Origin: an uncultured Chloroflexia bacterium | Lineage (GTDB): Bacteria > Chloroflexota > Limnocylindria > Limnocylindrales > CSP1-4 | Assembly (NCBI GenBank): GCA_963718285.1 | Contig: CAVQYU010000001.1 | Span: 75,799 to 139,798 of the forward strand | Reading direction: 5' to 3' | Length of the DNA stretch: 64,000 nt | In this document: positions 48,027 through 57,570 of the stretch, piece by piece | How positions within the stretch are numbered: position 1 is the first letter of the stretch | How the letters are laid out: every line of letters begins with the position of its first letter | Notes under the pieces: model-generated | Database searches by the model: none | Seen by the model: only the letters and a program-made list of their open reading frames with translations | Told to the model about the DNA's origin: nothing | Position numbers and translations under genes: made by a program

Positions 48027-49097
48027 TCAGACAAAGCGCTCGAGGTCGGGGATCGGCACGACCACGATCGAGCCATCGTCGAGCTCGACCGTCCCGGCCT
48101 CGAGCTGGACGCCCGCCCCGAAGCGCCGTCGGCCGGCCGGCCCGCGCCAGCGGCCCTCGCGTCCGGCCAGATCGCCGTGGCGGATCCGGACCCACTCGGG
48201 GGGCACCACGGGCGGGTCCAGGGGCGGGTCGATCACGAGCATCGGCGGATCGGCCACGATCCCGACCTCGCGCCCGACGAGCTGCTCGAACAAGGCCTGC
48301 AGCGGCCCCGGGATGGGCCGCCGGAAGGTGCCATCCAGGACGAGAACCGCGAACGGCGCGATCGCCTGCAGGCTGGCCCGCTGGCGCGCTTCGGAGGCGA
48401 CCAGGTCGCGCAGATCCTTGCCGGCCAGGCCGGGCACCACGATGCCCCGCACGCCCATCGCCCGGGCCCGCCCGATCGTCTCGGAGTCGAGCCGGCCGCC
48501 GACCACCAGGATCGCCCCGGCCCGTCCGACGTCGAGCTGGCCGCGCAGGCCCGACTCCCCGGCCACCAGCTCCAGCCGGCCGCGGGTCGGGCCCCCGGCG
48601 GCAAACGCACCGGGCACGCCGTGGCCGGCCAGCGACAGGCCGATCCCCCGCCCCGGCACGACCTCGCGCACGATCCCGGCACCGGGCGACTCGAGCAGCT
48701 CGGTGTGCTCGCCGCCGACCACCTGCCAGCGACCCGCCTCGGCCATGAGCACCTCGCCGGGCGGCGTGCGCGGCCGGCGGCGACGGAGCATCGCGCCGGC
48801 TTCGTGGCCGTCGCCGCCCCACCAGTCACCGGGGGCCAGCCCGGCGGCCGCGTCATCGGGCTCGGGCACGGTCGGCGGGCCGATCTCGAGTCGGGGATCG
48901 CGCCGGCGCTCGGCCAGGCCCAGGCCAGGGGTCACCGGCTCGCCGGCACCGACCAGGATGCGGTCGCCCGGGCCGAGCTCGAACCAGGTCGTGGGGGCGG
49001 CCAGGACCAGGGCCCGGCTGGGCACGTCCCAGGCGGTCCCGTCCCTGGCCACGTCCCGGGCGGCCTTGGCGGCGCCCTTGGCGGCGGCGTCAGACAT
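48027..49097 (-). CDS. hypothetical protein (possible barrel-sandwich/lipoyl-like segments), translationally coupled to the upstream gene
   Basis: 356-aa ORF with protein-like composition. Its ATG overlaps the upstream stop by 8 nt. I recognise no family. Confidence 0.5.
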   Translation of the reverse strand: MSDAAAKGAAKAARDVARDGTAWDVPSRALVLAAPTTWFELGPGDRILVGAGEPVTPGLGLAERRRDPRLEIGPPTVPEPDDAAAGLAPGDWWGGDGHEAGAMLRRRRPRTPPGEVLMAEAGRWQVVGGEHTELLESPGAGIVREVVPGRGIGLSLAGHGVPGAFAAGGPTRGRLELVAGESGLRGQLDVGRAGAILVVGGRLDSETIGRARAMGVRGIVVPGLAGKDLRDLVASEARQRASLQAIAPFAVLVLDGTFRRPIPGPLQALFEQLVGREVGIVADPPMLVIDPPLDPPVVPPEWVRIRHGDLAGREGRWRGPAGRRRFGAGVQLEAGTVELDDGSIVVVPIPDLERFV

Positions 49098-50685
49098 CGA
49101 GGCCTGGCCACAGGGCCGCCTGCCACGCGCCGAGCAGGGCCCGCCGCCGATCGAGACGGTCGGGCAGGCGGAGGGGCACGTCACGCAGGTCGACGAGCAG
49201 GCCGCCCAGGCCGCCGCCGACCTCGATCCGGGCATGGCGGGCCCGGCTGCCGAGATCGACCTGGTCCCGGAAGCGGAACTCGGCCACGCCCACCTGGCCG
49301 GGCGGGAGGTCCACGAGCTGGAGCCCGCCCGGCACCAGGTCCACCTCGCTCGACGCCGAGTCGGAATGGACGATGAGGCGCCCGGCGGTCTTGCCGGCCC
49401 GTACGCCGGCCGGCGTGACCACCGTCCCGAGCGGAACAAGCAGGTCCTCGGCCAGCTCGCCCAGGACGGCCCGGCGCTCGGCCGGATCCTCGATCGTGCC
49501 GACCGGCCCGAGCAGACGGGCGTGATCCCAGGCGAGCTGGCTGGCGCCCGGCCGGCGGACCAGGTCGGCCAGGGCCAGGGCGATGGCCGGACCGGGCGCG
49601 ACCGCCCAGCCGCCGCCCGACACGACGATCAGGTCGGGCGCCGCGAGACGGCTGATCGCGGGCGTCGCCTCGACCAGCCGTTCCAGGGCGGCCCGGGCTG
49701 CGGCGTAGCGCACGACGGCACCGGCGCCGTAGGCCTCCCCCCACGGCGTCAGGCGCAGCTCCCGCAACCGGTCGCGCATCCGGTGCCGGTCGAGGGCGAT
49801 CGACGACCAGTCGAGGACGCCGTCGACCAGGCTGTCGTCGGGCTCCCCGGGCGGAACCAGGCAGGCGGCCGCGACCAGGGCCGGGGCCTCCTCCGGGCCG
49901 TCCGGCCCGGCCAGGACCCGGAGGCCGCCGTTGAAGCCAATCTCGACCAGCTCGACCCTTCGATCGATGGTCGCGGCCAGGTCGACCGTTGCCCGGACCA
50001 TCGCGTGCCGCCCGTCGTGGCCGGCCGGCTGGATCGCATCGAGCAGGCGTCGCAGGCCCTCCCCGGGGGGCTCACCCGAGGTGGCTGCCGGCCCATACGG
50101 CGGTGGCGCGCCGTCGGAGTCGGTCCCGAACCGGGCGGCCTCGGTCCGGACCAGGCCGGCCAGGACGATCGGCCGGCTCGGGTCGCGTCCCGCCAGCGCC
50201 GCGCCCAGGGTGGCCAGGCTGGCCACGACCGGCCGGGGGTCGAGCGCGGCCGACTCGCCGGCGGCCAGGACGATCGCGGCGACATCCCGCTCCAGCCCCA
50301 GGCGGGCCATCGCGATCGGCTCGGAGTGCTCCAGGCTGAGCCCGCTGACCCGCCAGCCGGCGGTCTCGGCCAGGCGCTCGACGGCCGCCCGTTCGCGTTC
50401 GCTCGTGGCCAGGACGGCCAGCCGGGGCAGCTCGCCGGTGCGCGCCTCGAGGCGCGGGATCGATTCGAGCGAGGCGGCATCGAGGCCCAGGGTCTGGCTG
50501 AGGTCCGGATCGGCTGCGGCCAGGCCACCCACCAGCCGGTCGAGCTGCTCCTCGACGCTGCCCCCGGCCGGCGCCGACTCGGCCGCCAGGAGGCGCCAGC
50601 GGTCGTTCATTCGACCGATCAGGGCGACCGACGTCGTGGCCGACCCGAGGTCAAGCGCGAAGAGGGCGCGCGGGTCGCTCGTCAC
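49090..50685 (-). CDS. hypothetical ASKHA-fold (glutamate-mutase-L/MutL-like) ATPase family protein
   Basis: N-terminal ALFALDLGSATTSVALIG resembles the phosphate-1 motif of actin-like ATPases and MutL/GlmL-type proteins. 531 aa. The family call is tentative. Confidence 0.45.
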   Translation of the reverse strand: MTSDPRALFALDLGSATTSVALIGRMNDRWRLLAAESAPAGGSVEEQLDRLVGGLAAADPDLSQTLGLDAASLESIPRLEARTGELPRLAVLATSERERAAVERLAETAGWRVSGLSLEHSEPIAMARLGLERDVAAIVLAAGESAALDPRPVVASLATLGAALAGRDPSRPIVLAGLVRTEAARFGTDSDGAPPPYGPAATSGEPPGEGLRRLLDAIQPAGHDGRHAMVRATVDLAATIDRRVELVEIGFNGGLRVLAGPDGPEEAPALVAAACLVPPGEPDDSLVDGVLDWSSIALDRHRMRDRLRELRLTPWGEAYGAGAVVRYAAARAALERLVEATPAISRLAAPDLIVVSGGGWAVAPGPAIALALADLVRRPGASQLAWDHARLLGPVGTIEDPAERRAVLGELAEDLLVPLGTVVTPAGVRAGKTAGRLIVHSDSASSEVDLVPGGLQLVDLPPGQVGVAEFRFRDQVDLGSRARHARIEVGGGLGGLLVDLRDVPLRLPDRLDRRRALLGAWQAALWPGLDV

Positions 50686-50739
50686 CCGCCCATGCTACCC
50701 GGCCGCGCCCGGGCCGGTGTCCGGGAGCACCGCCCGGGG

Positions 50740-51036
50740 TCAGGCGTCGAGCGTGTCGTCCTCGTCCCACTCCTCGAGCCGCTCGATCAGCTGCTCGATC
50801 CCGATGTCGTCCGCCAGGAGCTCCGTCGCGGCGTCGACATCGCCGCCGAACAGGCCCCGCAGGGTCGGGTCGAAGAAGAGCATGGCGTTGCTGCCCAGCG
50901 GGCGATAGGGCCGGCTGGCGTTCAGGAAGTGGACCGCCGGAGCGGCCAGGCCGCGCAGGTGGATCTCGCGGGCGACCTGGTCGACCAGCTCGTCGCGCTG
51001 CTCCTCGGTCCGGTCGGGCGGCGGCGGCAGCATCAT
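50740..51036 (-). CDS. hypothetical acidic 98-aa protein
   Basis: ORF with 1-nt overlap to the macro-domain gene. No motif recognised. Confidence 0.4.
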   Translation of the reverse strand: MMLPPPPDRTEEQRDELVDQVAREIHLRGLAAPAVHFLNASRPYRPLGSNAMLFFDPTLRGLFGGDVDAATELLADDIGIEQLIERLEEWDEDDTLDA

Positions 51037-51581
51037 CAGCCGGCGCTCATCTCGTCCGGGCCGCCGGCGAGCGCGCTCTCGGCACCATGGAGCGCGGCCT
51101 CGAAGGCGGCATACGCCGCGGCCCCGCGCAGGGCGAAGGTGACCACCTCGATCGAGGGCGAGGCCGGCAGCTCCTGGTGGATCGTGTCGAGGGTGATCCG
51201 GGCCGCCTCGTCGATGGGGTAGCCGCCCACGCCGGTGCCCAGGGCGGGAAAGGCGATGCTGGTGACGTTGTGCTCCCGGGCGCGGGCCATCGCGCTGTGG
51301 ACGGCCGCCTCGATCGCGACGGCGCTCGTCCGGCGGTCCCGGTCGAGCGACACGGCGTGGATGATGATCCGGGCGGCCAGCGCCCCGGCCGAGGTCACCA
51401 CGGCCTGGCCCAGCTCGAGCGGACCCTGGCGCACCGCGGCGAACTCGATCTCGTCACCGCCGGCCCGCTTGATCGCTCCGCCCACGCCCGTGGCCATCCA
51501 CAGGCTGGGGTTGGCCGGATTGACGATCGCGTCCACCTCGAGTTCGCAAATGTCTCCGTTCCAGAGCTGAATCCGAGCCAC
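51036..51581 (-). CDS. macro domain protein (O-acetyl-ADP-ribose deacetylase-like)
   Basis: GDICELEVDAIVNPANPSLWMATGVGGAIKRAGG and SIAFPALGTGVGGYP. Confidence 0.85.
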   Translation of the reverse strand: MARIQLWNGDICELEVDAIVNPANPSLWMATGVGGAIKRAGGDEIEFAAVRQGPLELGQAVVTSAGALAARIIIHAVSLDRDRRTSAVAIEAAVHSAMARAREHNVTSIAFPALGTGVGGYPIDEAARITLDTIHQELPASPSIEVVTFALRGAAAYAAFEAALHGAESALAGGPDEMSAG

Positions 51582-52833
51582 CTTGCCTCCATCCCGCCAG
51601 CGTCCGGACGCTCAGCGGTACCAGCCCGGCATGGTACACCCGGGGTAATCGGCGAGCCATGCCGCTGACCACTTCCCACGAGATCGTGGTGCGGGCCTGC
51701 GCCACCTCACCCGCGCTGATCTCGGCCCCGCCCTGGCGTCCGATCAGCACGAACTCATCGTCGAGGGAGACCGGCGGCCCGGGCAGGTCGGTCACGTCGG
51801 CCATCACGGCGTCCATCGCGACCGTGCCGACCAGCGGGACGCGCTGGCCCCGGACGAGCGCCTCGGCCCGGTTCGAGAGGGCCCGGGGCCAGCCGTCGGC
51901 GTAGCCCAGGGGCAGGGTCGCGATCCGGCTGGGACGGCTCGTGCTGAAGCTCGGGCCGTAGCTGATGCCACTGCCCGCCGGCAGGTCGGCCACCCGGATC
52001 GGCCGGGCGTGCAGGGAGAGGATCGGCCGGAGCGCCCCGGCCAGGAGGCCCGTCCGCCGATCGGCCGGCAGGTCCTCGGGCAGGAGGCCGTACAGGGCCA
52101 GCCCGATCCGCACCCCGTCGAGGGTCGGAGCCGTGCCCGCCAGCAGGCCGCCACTGGCGGTCAGGTGGCGGGCCGGCAGGCGCACGCCTTCGCCGCCCAG
52201 CTGGCCGACCAGGGCCGCCAGCCGATCGGCCTGGCCGGTGGTCCGGGTCGGATCGGCCGGCGCCTGGAGGTGGGACCAGATGCCGGCCAGCCGGACGCCC
52301 GGGGCCGCCCCAATTCGGCCGGCCGCGGCCAGTGCGTCCGCCTCCGACAGGCCCGCCCGGCCGAGGCCTGTCTCGAGCTCCAGGTGGAGGTCGAGGCGGT
52401 GAGGCGGATGGCGGCGGCCGGTCGCCCGGGCCGATGTGCGGGCAAGCTCGAGGGCGGCCAGGGTCCGCTCCAGGCCGAGCAGGTCGCCGGCGGCCAGGGC
52501 GATCCGCCGCCGGGCAGCCTCCGGGGCGCGCTCCGGGGGCACCCCGAAGAGGACCAGGATCGGCAGCTCGAGGCCCGCCTCGCGCAGCTCCACGGCTTCG
52601 TCGAAGGTGGCTACGGCGAAGCCGTCGGGCGGCTCGGCCGCGCTCTCCAGGGCGGACCCGATGGGCACCGCGCCGTGGCCATAGGCGTCCGCCTTGAGCA
52701 CGACGTCGAGGCGGCAGCCGGCCGGCAGCGCGCGGCGCAGGGCGGCCAGGTTCGAGTGCAGGGCCTCGATGTCGATCTCGAGCCAGGCCGTCCGGGGCAG
52801 CCCGGGCAGCCCGGCCGCGGCCAGGCCCGCCAC
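51454..52833 (-). CDS. alr: alanine racemase (3' end probably over-extended; likely true stop near 51612 in another frame)
   Basis: PLP-lysine motif VVLKADAYGHGA, and C-terminal ISWEVVSGMARRLPRVY. The ORF then runs 128 nt into the macro-domain gene. Confidence 0.85.
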   Translation of the reverse strand: MAGLAAAGLPGLPRTAWLEIDIEALHSNLAALRRALPAGCRLDVVLKADAYGHGAVPIGSALESAAEPPDGFAVATFDEAVELREAGLELPILVLFGVPPERAPEAARRRIALAAGDLLGLERTLAALELARTSARATGRRHPPHRLDLHLELETGLGRAGLSEADALAAAGRIGAAPGVRLAGIWSHLQAPADPTRTTGQADRLAALVGQLGGEGVRLPARHLTASGGLLAGTAPTLDGVRIGLALYGLLPEDLPADRRTGLLAGALRPILSLHARPIRVADLPAGSGISYGPSFSTSRPSRIATLPLGYADGWPRALSNRAEALVRGQRVPLVGTVAMDAVMADVTDLPGPPVSLDDEFVLIGRQGGAEISAGEVAQARTTISWEVVSGMARRLPRVYHAGLVPLSVRTLAGWRQGGSDSALERRHLRTRGGRDRQSGQPQPVDGHGRGRSDQAGRR

Positions 52834-52850
52834 GATCGACGGAGCAGGGC

Positions 52851-53843
52851 TCAGCTTGGGCTCCCGCTGGGCCGGACCAGGAAGCCGAGCTTGCGCTCGG
52901 CGGTCCGACGAGCGCGGGCGGCGCGCAGGCGCTTGGCCGCCAGGGCGATCTCGAAGGGCAGGTCCGAGGCGAGCAGGCCGGCGTCGCCCAGCCGGTCGCG
53001 GACCGACTCGCCGGCCGTTCCGTGCAGGAAGACGCCCAGCCGGGCCGCGTCATAGGCGGGCAGGTGCTGGGCGAGGAGCGCCCCGATCGTGCCGCTCAGG
53101 ACGTCTCCCGTGCCGCCGGTCGCGAGGGCGGGATTCTCGAAGGGCGCCCGGGCCAGCCGGCCGTCGGGGGCCGCGATCACGCTGCGGGCTCCCTTCAGGA
53201 CCACGACCTGGCCCCAGCGCCGGGCGGCGTCCGCAGCGGCCGCGGCCCGGGCCTCGTCATCGTCGAGGAGATCCCCGTCGGCGCCGGCCTCGATCCCACT
53301 GGCCGACCGCAGCCGGGCGAATTCGCCGGTATGCGGAGTGAGCACGCACGATCGGTGGACGCCCTCCCACCAGCCATCCTCCGCCGCCAGCGAGCGGAGC
53401 GCCTCGGCATCGACGACCGCCGGCGGCGCGCCATCCTCTTCGACCGCGAGCAGCCGCCGGATCAGCTCGACCGTGGCCAGGCCCGGCCGGAGGCCCGGTC
53501 CCACGACCAGGGCATCGTGCTCGTGGTCCAGGATCCGGGCCAGGGCGTCATCCGGCTCGACCTCCTCGACGTCGTCCTCGGGCAGGCCCAGCGTCGTGGC
53601 CTCGACGACCTTGGCGGCGAACAGCGGCTGGAGCGATTCGGGCACGGCCAGGGCGACCAGGCCGGCCCCGGCTCGTCCGGCGGCCAGGCAGACCAGAAGG
53701 GCCGAGCCGGCGTAGTCGAGCGAGCCGGCCACGACCAGCAGGCGCCCGAACGTGCCCTTGTGGCCGCGGGCCGGGCGCTCGGGCAGGAGGGGCCCGACGA
53801 TCGCGTCGGACAGCTCCTCGGGCGGCGCTGCCTCAGCCGTCAT
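52851..53843 (-). CDS. nnrD: ADP-dependent NAD(P)H-hydrate dehydratase (YjeF C-terminal type only)
   Basis: HKGTFGRLLVVAGSLDYAGSALL, LTPHTGEFARL and ATGGTGDVLSGTIGALLAQ. Confidence 0.8.
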   Translation of the reverse strand: MTAEAAPPEELSDAIVGPLLPERPARGHKGTFGRLLVVAGSLDYAGSALLVCLAAGRAGAGLVALAVPESLQPLFAAKVVEATTLGLPEDDVEEVEPDDALARILDHEHDALVVGPGLRPGLATVELIRRLLAVEEDGAPPAVVDAEALRSLAAEDGWWEGVHRSCVLTPHTGEFARLRSASGIEAGADGDLLDDDEARAAAAADAARRWGQVVVLKGARSVIAAPDGRLARAPFENPALATGGTGDVLSGTIGALLAQHLPAYDAARLGVFLHGTAGESVRDRLGDAGLLASDLPFEIALAAKRLRAARARRTAERKLGFLVRPSGSPS

Positions 53844-54348
53844 CGGTCGCCTCTTCGGCCAGCGAGCGCAGGCGGTTGATCCGGGCCAGGATGCGCCGCT
53901 CGCGATCATCGAGGCGGGCCTCGATGTCCGGCGGGAAGACATAGCGGCCACCCTCGGTCCGGACCCCGAAGGCCACGGCCACGGCATAGTCGTCCTCGTG
54001 GCTGATCGAGACCGCGATCCGGCCCATACCCAGCTGCTCGGCCCGGGCCGCGGCCCGATCGTGGAGGCGAACCGACGGCTGGCCGGTCGGCAGCCGCTCG
54101 ATCTCGATCTCACGCCAGCCGATGCCCCGGACGCCCAGGCCGAGGACCTTGCTGACCGCCTCCTTGGCCGCCCAGCGGCCGGCCATCGTGGACGGCCGGC
54201 CCCGGACGTAGGCCTGCTCGGCCGGGGTCAGGACCCGGTTGGTGAAGCGCGGGCCGAAGCGCTCCAGGGTGGCCCGGATCCGGCCGATCGCGATGATGTC
54301 GATCCCCAGCTCGGTCGTCCCGGGTGGGACCGCCGGGACCGTGGCCAC
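53833..54348 (-). CDS. acpS: holo-[acyl-carrier-protein] synthase with C-terminal extension
   Basis: LGIDIIAIGRI, WAAKEAVSKVLG and ISHEDDYAVAVA. GTG start is 2 nt after the glmS stop (start uncertain). Confidence 0.75.
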   Translation of the reverse strand: MATVPAVPPGTTELGIDIIAIGRIRATLERFGPRFTNRVLTPAEQAYVRGRPSTMAGRWAAKEAVSKVLGLGVRGIGWREIEIERLPTGQPSVRLHDRAAARAEQLGMGRIAVSISHEDDYAVAVAFGVRTEGGRYVFPPDIEARLDDRERRILARINRLRSLAEEATDDG

Positions 54349-54350
54349 GG

Positions 54351-56180
54351 CTACTCGACCGTGACCGACTTGGCCAGGTTGCGCGGCTGGTCGACGTCCG
54401 TGCCGCGGGCCACCGCCGTGTAGTAGGCGAACAGCTGGAGGGGGATGACCGCCAGGATCGGGCTGAGCACCTCGTCCGTGTCGGGCACCCAGCAGACCTC
54501 GTCGGCGAAGCGCTCGATCTGGGGGTCGCCCTCGGTGGCGACGGCGATCACCCGGGCATCCCGGGCCCGGCCCTCCATCACGTTGCTGATCAGCTTGTCG
54601 TAGACCGACGAGCGGGTGGCCACCGCCACGAGGGGGCATTCGGCATCGAGCAGCGAGATGGGCCCGTGCTTCAGCTCGCCCGCCGCGTAACCCTCGGCAT
54701 GGACGTAGCTGACCTCCTTGAGCTTGAGAGCGCCCTCGAGCGCGGCCGGGAAGCCGTAGCCGCGCCCCACGAACATGAACCCCCGCGAGTTGACGTAGCG
54801 CCGGGCGAGGGCCGCGATGTCGGTATTGAGGTCGAGCGTCCGCTGGGCGGCCTCGGGCAACGCCCGGAGGGCCCGGCCGAGGGCGACCTCTCGCTCGAGC
54901 GCCAGGCTGCCCCGGGCCCGGGCGATCGCGGCGGCCAGGATGACCAGGGTGGTGACCTGGGTCACGAACGTCTTTGACGCCGCGACGGCGACCTCGGGCC
55001 CGGCCTGCAGGAAGAGGACCGCGTCCGCTTCACGGGTGATCGCCGAGCCGACCGTGTTCGTGACCGCGATCACCGGGCAGCCACGCTCGCGGGCCAGGCG
55101 GGTGGGTGCGATCGTGTCGGCGGTCTCGCCCGACTGGGTCACGGCGATGACCAGGGTGTCGCCATCGAGCGGCGGCGGGCTGTAGCGGAACTCCGAGCCG
55201 ACCGTCGCCCGGGCGGGCAGGCCGGTCCACTCCTGGAGGGCGGCGGCCCCGATCAGGGCGGCGTAGTAGGCCGTGCCGCAGGCCACCAGCTCGATCCGGC
55301 GGACGCGCGCCAGGACCCCGGCCAGGCCGGCCAGCTCCTCGACCTCGATCCGGTCGTCCCGGGTCAGCCGGCCGGTGATCGACTGGAGCAGGGCGGCGGG
55401 CTGCTCGTGGATCTCCTTGAGCATGAAGTGATCGAAGCCACCCTTCTCGGCGGCCTCGGCCGTCCAGGTGATCGTGGTCACCGAGCGACTCACCGGCCGG
55501 CCGTCGACATCGCTGATCGCCACCCCGCCCGGGCGGAGGTCGGCGACATCGCCCTCCTCGAGGAAGATGACCTGGTCGGTGTGGGCCAGGATGGCCGCCA
55601 CGTCGCTGGCCAGGAAGGTCTCGCCCGGGGCCACGCCCACGACCAGGGGCACGTTCTGGCGGGCCCCGACCAGCCGGTCGGGCTCAGCCCGGTGCATGAC
55701 CGCCAGGGCATAGGCGCCGTGGGTCTGGCGCAGGGCCGCCCGGGTGGCATCGGCCAGGTCGCCCTGGTAGGCCTCCTCGATCAGGTGGGCGATCGCCTCG
55801 GTGTCGGTCTCCGAGGTCAGGACATGGCCACGCGCCTCGAGGCCGTCACGAAGCTCCCGGAAGTTCTCGATGATCCCGTTGTGGATGACCGTGATGTCGC
55901 CGGTGCAGTCCTGGTGGGGATGGGCATTGAGGTCATTGGGCCGGCCATGGGTGGCCCAGCGAGTGTGGGCCAGGCCGATGGCGGCGTGCGGCGTCCGGTC
56001 GGCAATGGCGGTCTGGAGGTTGGCCAGCTTGCCGGCCCGCTTCTCGACGAACAGGGCGCCCTGATCGTCAACGAGGGCGATCCCGGCCGAATCGTAGCCC
56101 CGGTATTCGAGCCGCTTGAGGCCCTCGATCAGGATCGGCCCGGCCTCGCGCGGTCCGGTGTATCCGACAATTCCGCACAT
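54351..56180 (-). CDS. glmS: glutamine--fructose-6-phosphate aminotransferase
   Basis: MCGIVGY N-terminal nucleophile, two SIS domains, and C-terminal NLAKSVTVE. Confidence 0.95.
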   Translation of the reverse strand: MCGIVGYTGPREAGPILIEGLKRLEYRGYDSAGIALVDDQGALFVEKRAGKLANLQTAIADRTPHAAIGLAHTRWATHGRPNDLNAHPHQDCTGDITVIHNGIIENFRELRDGLEARGHVLTSETDTEAIAHLIEEAYQGDLADATRAALRQTHGAYALAVMHRAEPDRLVGARQNVPLVVGVAPGETFLASDVAAILAHTDQVIFLEEGDVADLRPGGVAISDVDGRPVSRSVTTITWTAEAAEKGGFDHFMLKEIHEQPAALLQSITGRLTRDDRIEVEELAGLAGVLARVRRIELVACGTAYYAALIGAAALQEWTGLPARATVGSEFRYSPPPLDGDTLVIAVTQSGETADTIAPTRLARERGCPVIAVTNTVGSAITREADAVLFLQAGPEVAVAASKTFVTQVTTLVILAAAIARARGSLALEREVALGRALRALPEAAQRTLDLNTDIAALARRYVNSRGFMFVGRGYGFPAALEGALKLKEVSYVHAEGYAAGELKHGPISLLDAECPLVAVATRSSVYDKLISNVMEGRARDARVIAVATEGDPQIERFADEVCWVPDTDEVLSPILAVIPLQLFAYYTAVARGTDVDQPRNLAKSVTVE

Positions 56181-56238
56181 TGTTGATCGCTCTCCGTCGC
56201 GGTTCTGGCCCCGGTTCCTGACCGGCGCCGGAGCCGGG

Positions 56239-57570
56239 CTAGTGTAGACGCTCCCCGGCCAGGGTCATGATCTGGTCGGCCAGCCGGGCCACGAGCTCAG
56301 CGTCCGACCCTTCGACCATGACCCGCAGGACGGGCTCGGTGCCCGACGGCCGGACGAGGACCCGGCCACCCGGGCCGAGGCGCCCCTGGGCATCGACGAT
56401 CGCCCGGTGAAGCACCGGATCGCCTTCCCACTGGTCCTTGTGACGGACGCGGACCGCCCGTTGCTCCTGTGGAAACAGGGGGATCTCGGCGGCCAGCTCG
56501 TCGACCGGGCGGTCGGTCCGGCTCAGGACGCCGAGCAGCTCGAGGCCGGTCAGCAGGCCATCGCCCGAGGAGCTGTGGTCGAGGCTGATGACGTGCCCGC
56601 TCTTCTCGCCGCCCAGGTTGGCGTCGTTGACCAGCATCCCCTCGAGGATGTACTTGTCGCCGACGGGCGTCCGGACGACCTGCCCGCCGGCCGCCGCGAG
56701 GGCGGCCTCGAGGCCGCCGTTGGACAGCACGGTGACGACCACGATGCCCTGGCGCAGGGCGCCCCGCTGGAGTCGGTCGAGGGCGATCAGGCCGATCAGC
56801 TGGTCGCCGTCGACCACGCTGCCGTGGCGATCCACCACGACCAGCCGGTCGGCGTCGCCATCGAGGGCGAAGCCGAGGTCGGCCCCGCGAGCGACGACCT
56901 CGCGGGCCAGGGCGGCCGGGGCGGTCGCCCCGCACTCGACGTTGATGTTGACCCCGTCGGGCTCGTTGTAGATCACCTCGACCGTGGCCCCGGTCGCGGC
57001 CAGGATGCCCGGCGCCGAGACGCCTCCGGCGCCATTGGCGCAGTCAAGCACGATTCGCAGGTTCGTCCGGATCGTTCGGGCCAGCTCGGTCCGGCTGGAC
57101 CGGTAGCGCTCGAGCAGGTCGGCCGCGTGCGAGACCCGCCCGATTCCCGAGTTGCGTGGTCCGGTCAGCTCCTCGGCTCGCCAGATCAGCGCTTCGAGGG
57201 CGTCCTCGCGATCGTCGTCGAGCTTCATCCCCCGGGCGTCGAGCACCTTGAGCCCGTTGTCGTCGGCCGGGTTGTGCGAGGCCGAGACCATGATCCCGGC
57301 ACCGAACTCGCCGCTCCCGGCGATGAACGCCAGGGCGGGCGTGGGCAGGGTCCCGGCCAGGGCCACGTCGGCGCCCAGGCTGGCCGCCCCGGCGGCGATG
57401 GCCTGGACGAACATGCCGCCCGACCGGCGCGTGTCCTGGCCGATCACGAGCACGCCGTCCGGGCCGAGCAGCTCGTGGGCCGTCGCCCGGCCGAGGGCGT
57501 AGGCCAAGGTAGGTTTGAGATCGACATTCGCGACCCCCCGAATGCCGTCGGTTCCGAACAGCCGGGCCAT
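56239..57570 (-). CDS. glmM: phosphoglucosamine mutase
   Basis: LFGTDGIRG, the phosphoserine loop SASHNPADDNGLK, and GGEKSGH. Confidence 0.95.
   Translation of the reverse strand: MARLFGTDGIRGVANVDLKPTLAYALGRATAHELLGPDGVLVIGQDTRRSGGMFVQAIAAGAASLGADVALAGTLPTPALAFIAGSGEFGAGIMVSASHNPADDNGLKVLDARGMKLDDDREDALEALIWRAEELTGPRNSGIGRVSHAADLLERYRSSRTELARTIRTNLRIVLDCANGAGGVSAPGILAATGATVEVIYNEPDGVNINVECGATAPAALAREVVARGADLGFALDGDADRLVVVDRHGSVVDGDQLIGLIALDRLQRGALRQGIVVVTVLSNGGLEAALAAAGGQVVRTPVGDKYILEGMLVNDANLGGEKSGHVISLDHSSSGDGLLTGLELLGVLSRTDRPVDELAAEIPLFPQEQRAVRVRHKDQWEGDPVLHRAIVDAQGRLGPGGRVLVRPSGTEPVLRVMVEGSDAELVARLADQIMTLAGERLH

Noticed and set aside
50740-51581. The macro-domain gene plus the overlapping 98-aa ORF could be a DarT/DarG-like toxin-antitoxin pair.
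   Set aside because: The macro protein looks like a stand-alone MacroD/YmdB-type deacetylase. The small acidic partner has no DarT-like features. The pair sits in a conserved housekeeping run.
56181-56238. glmS ribozyme upstream of glmS.
   Set aside because: The glmM-glmS intergenic region is only 58 nt and contains just an RBS-like GGAGAG. That is far too short for the ~170-nt ribozyme.
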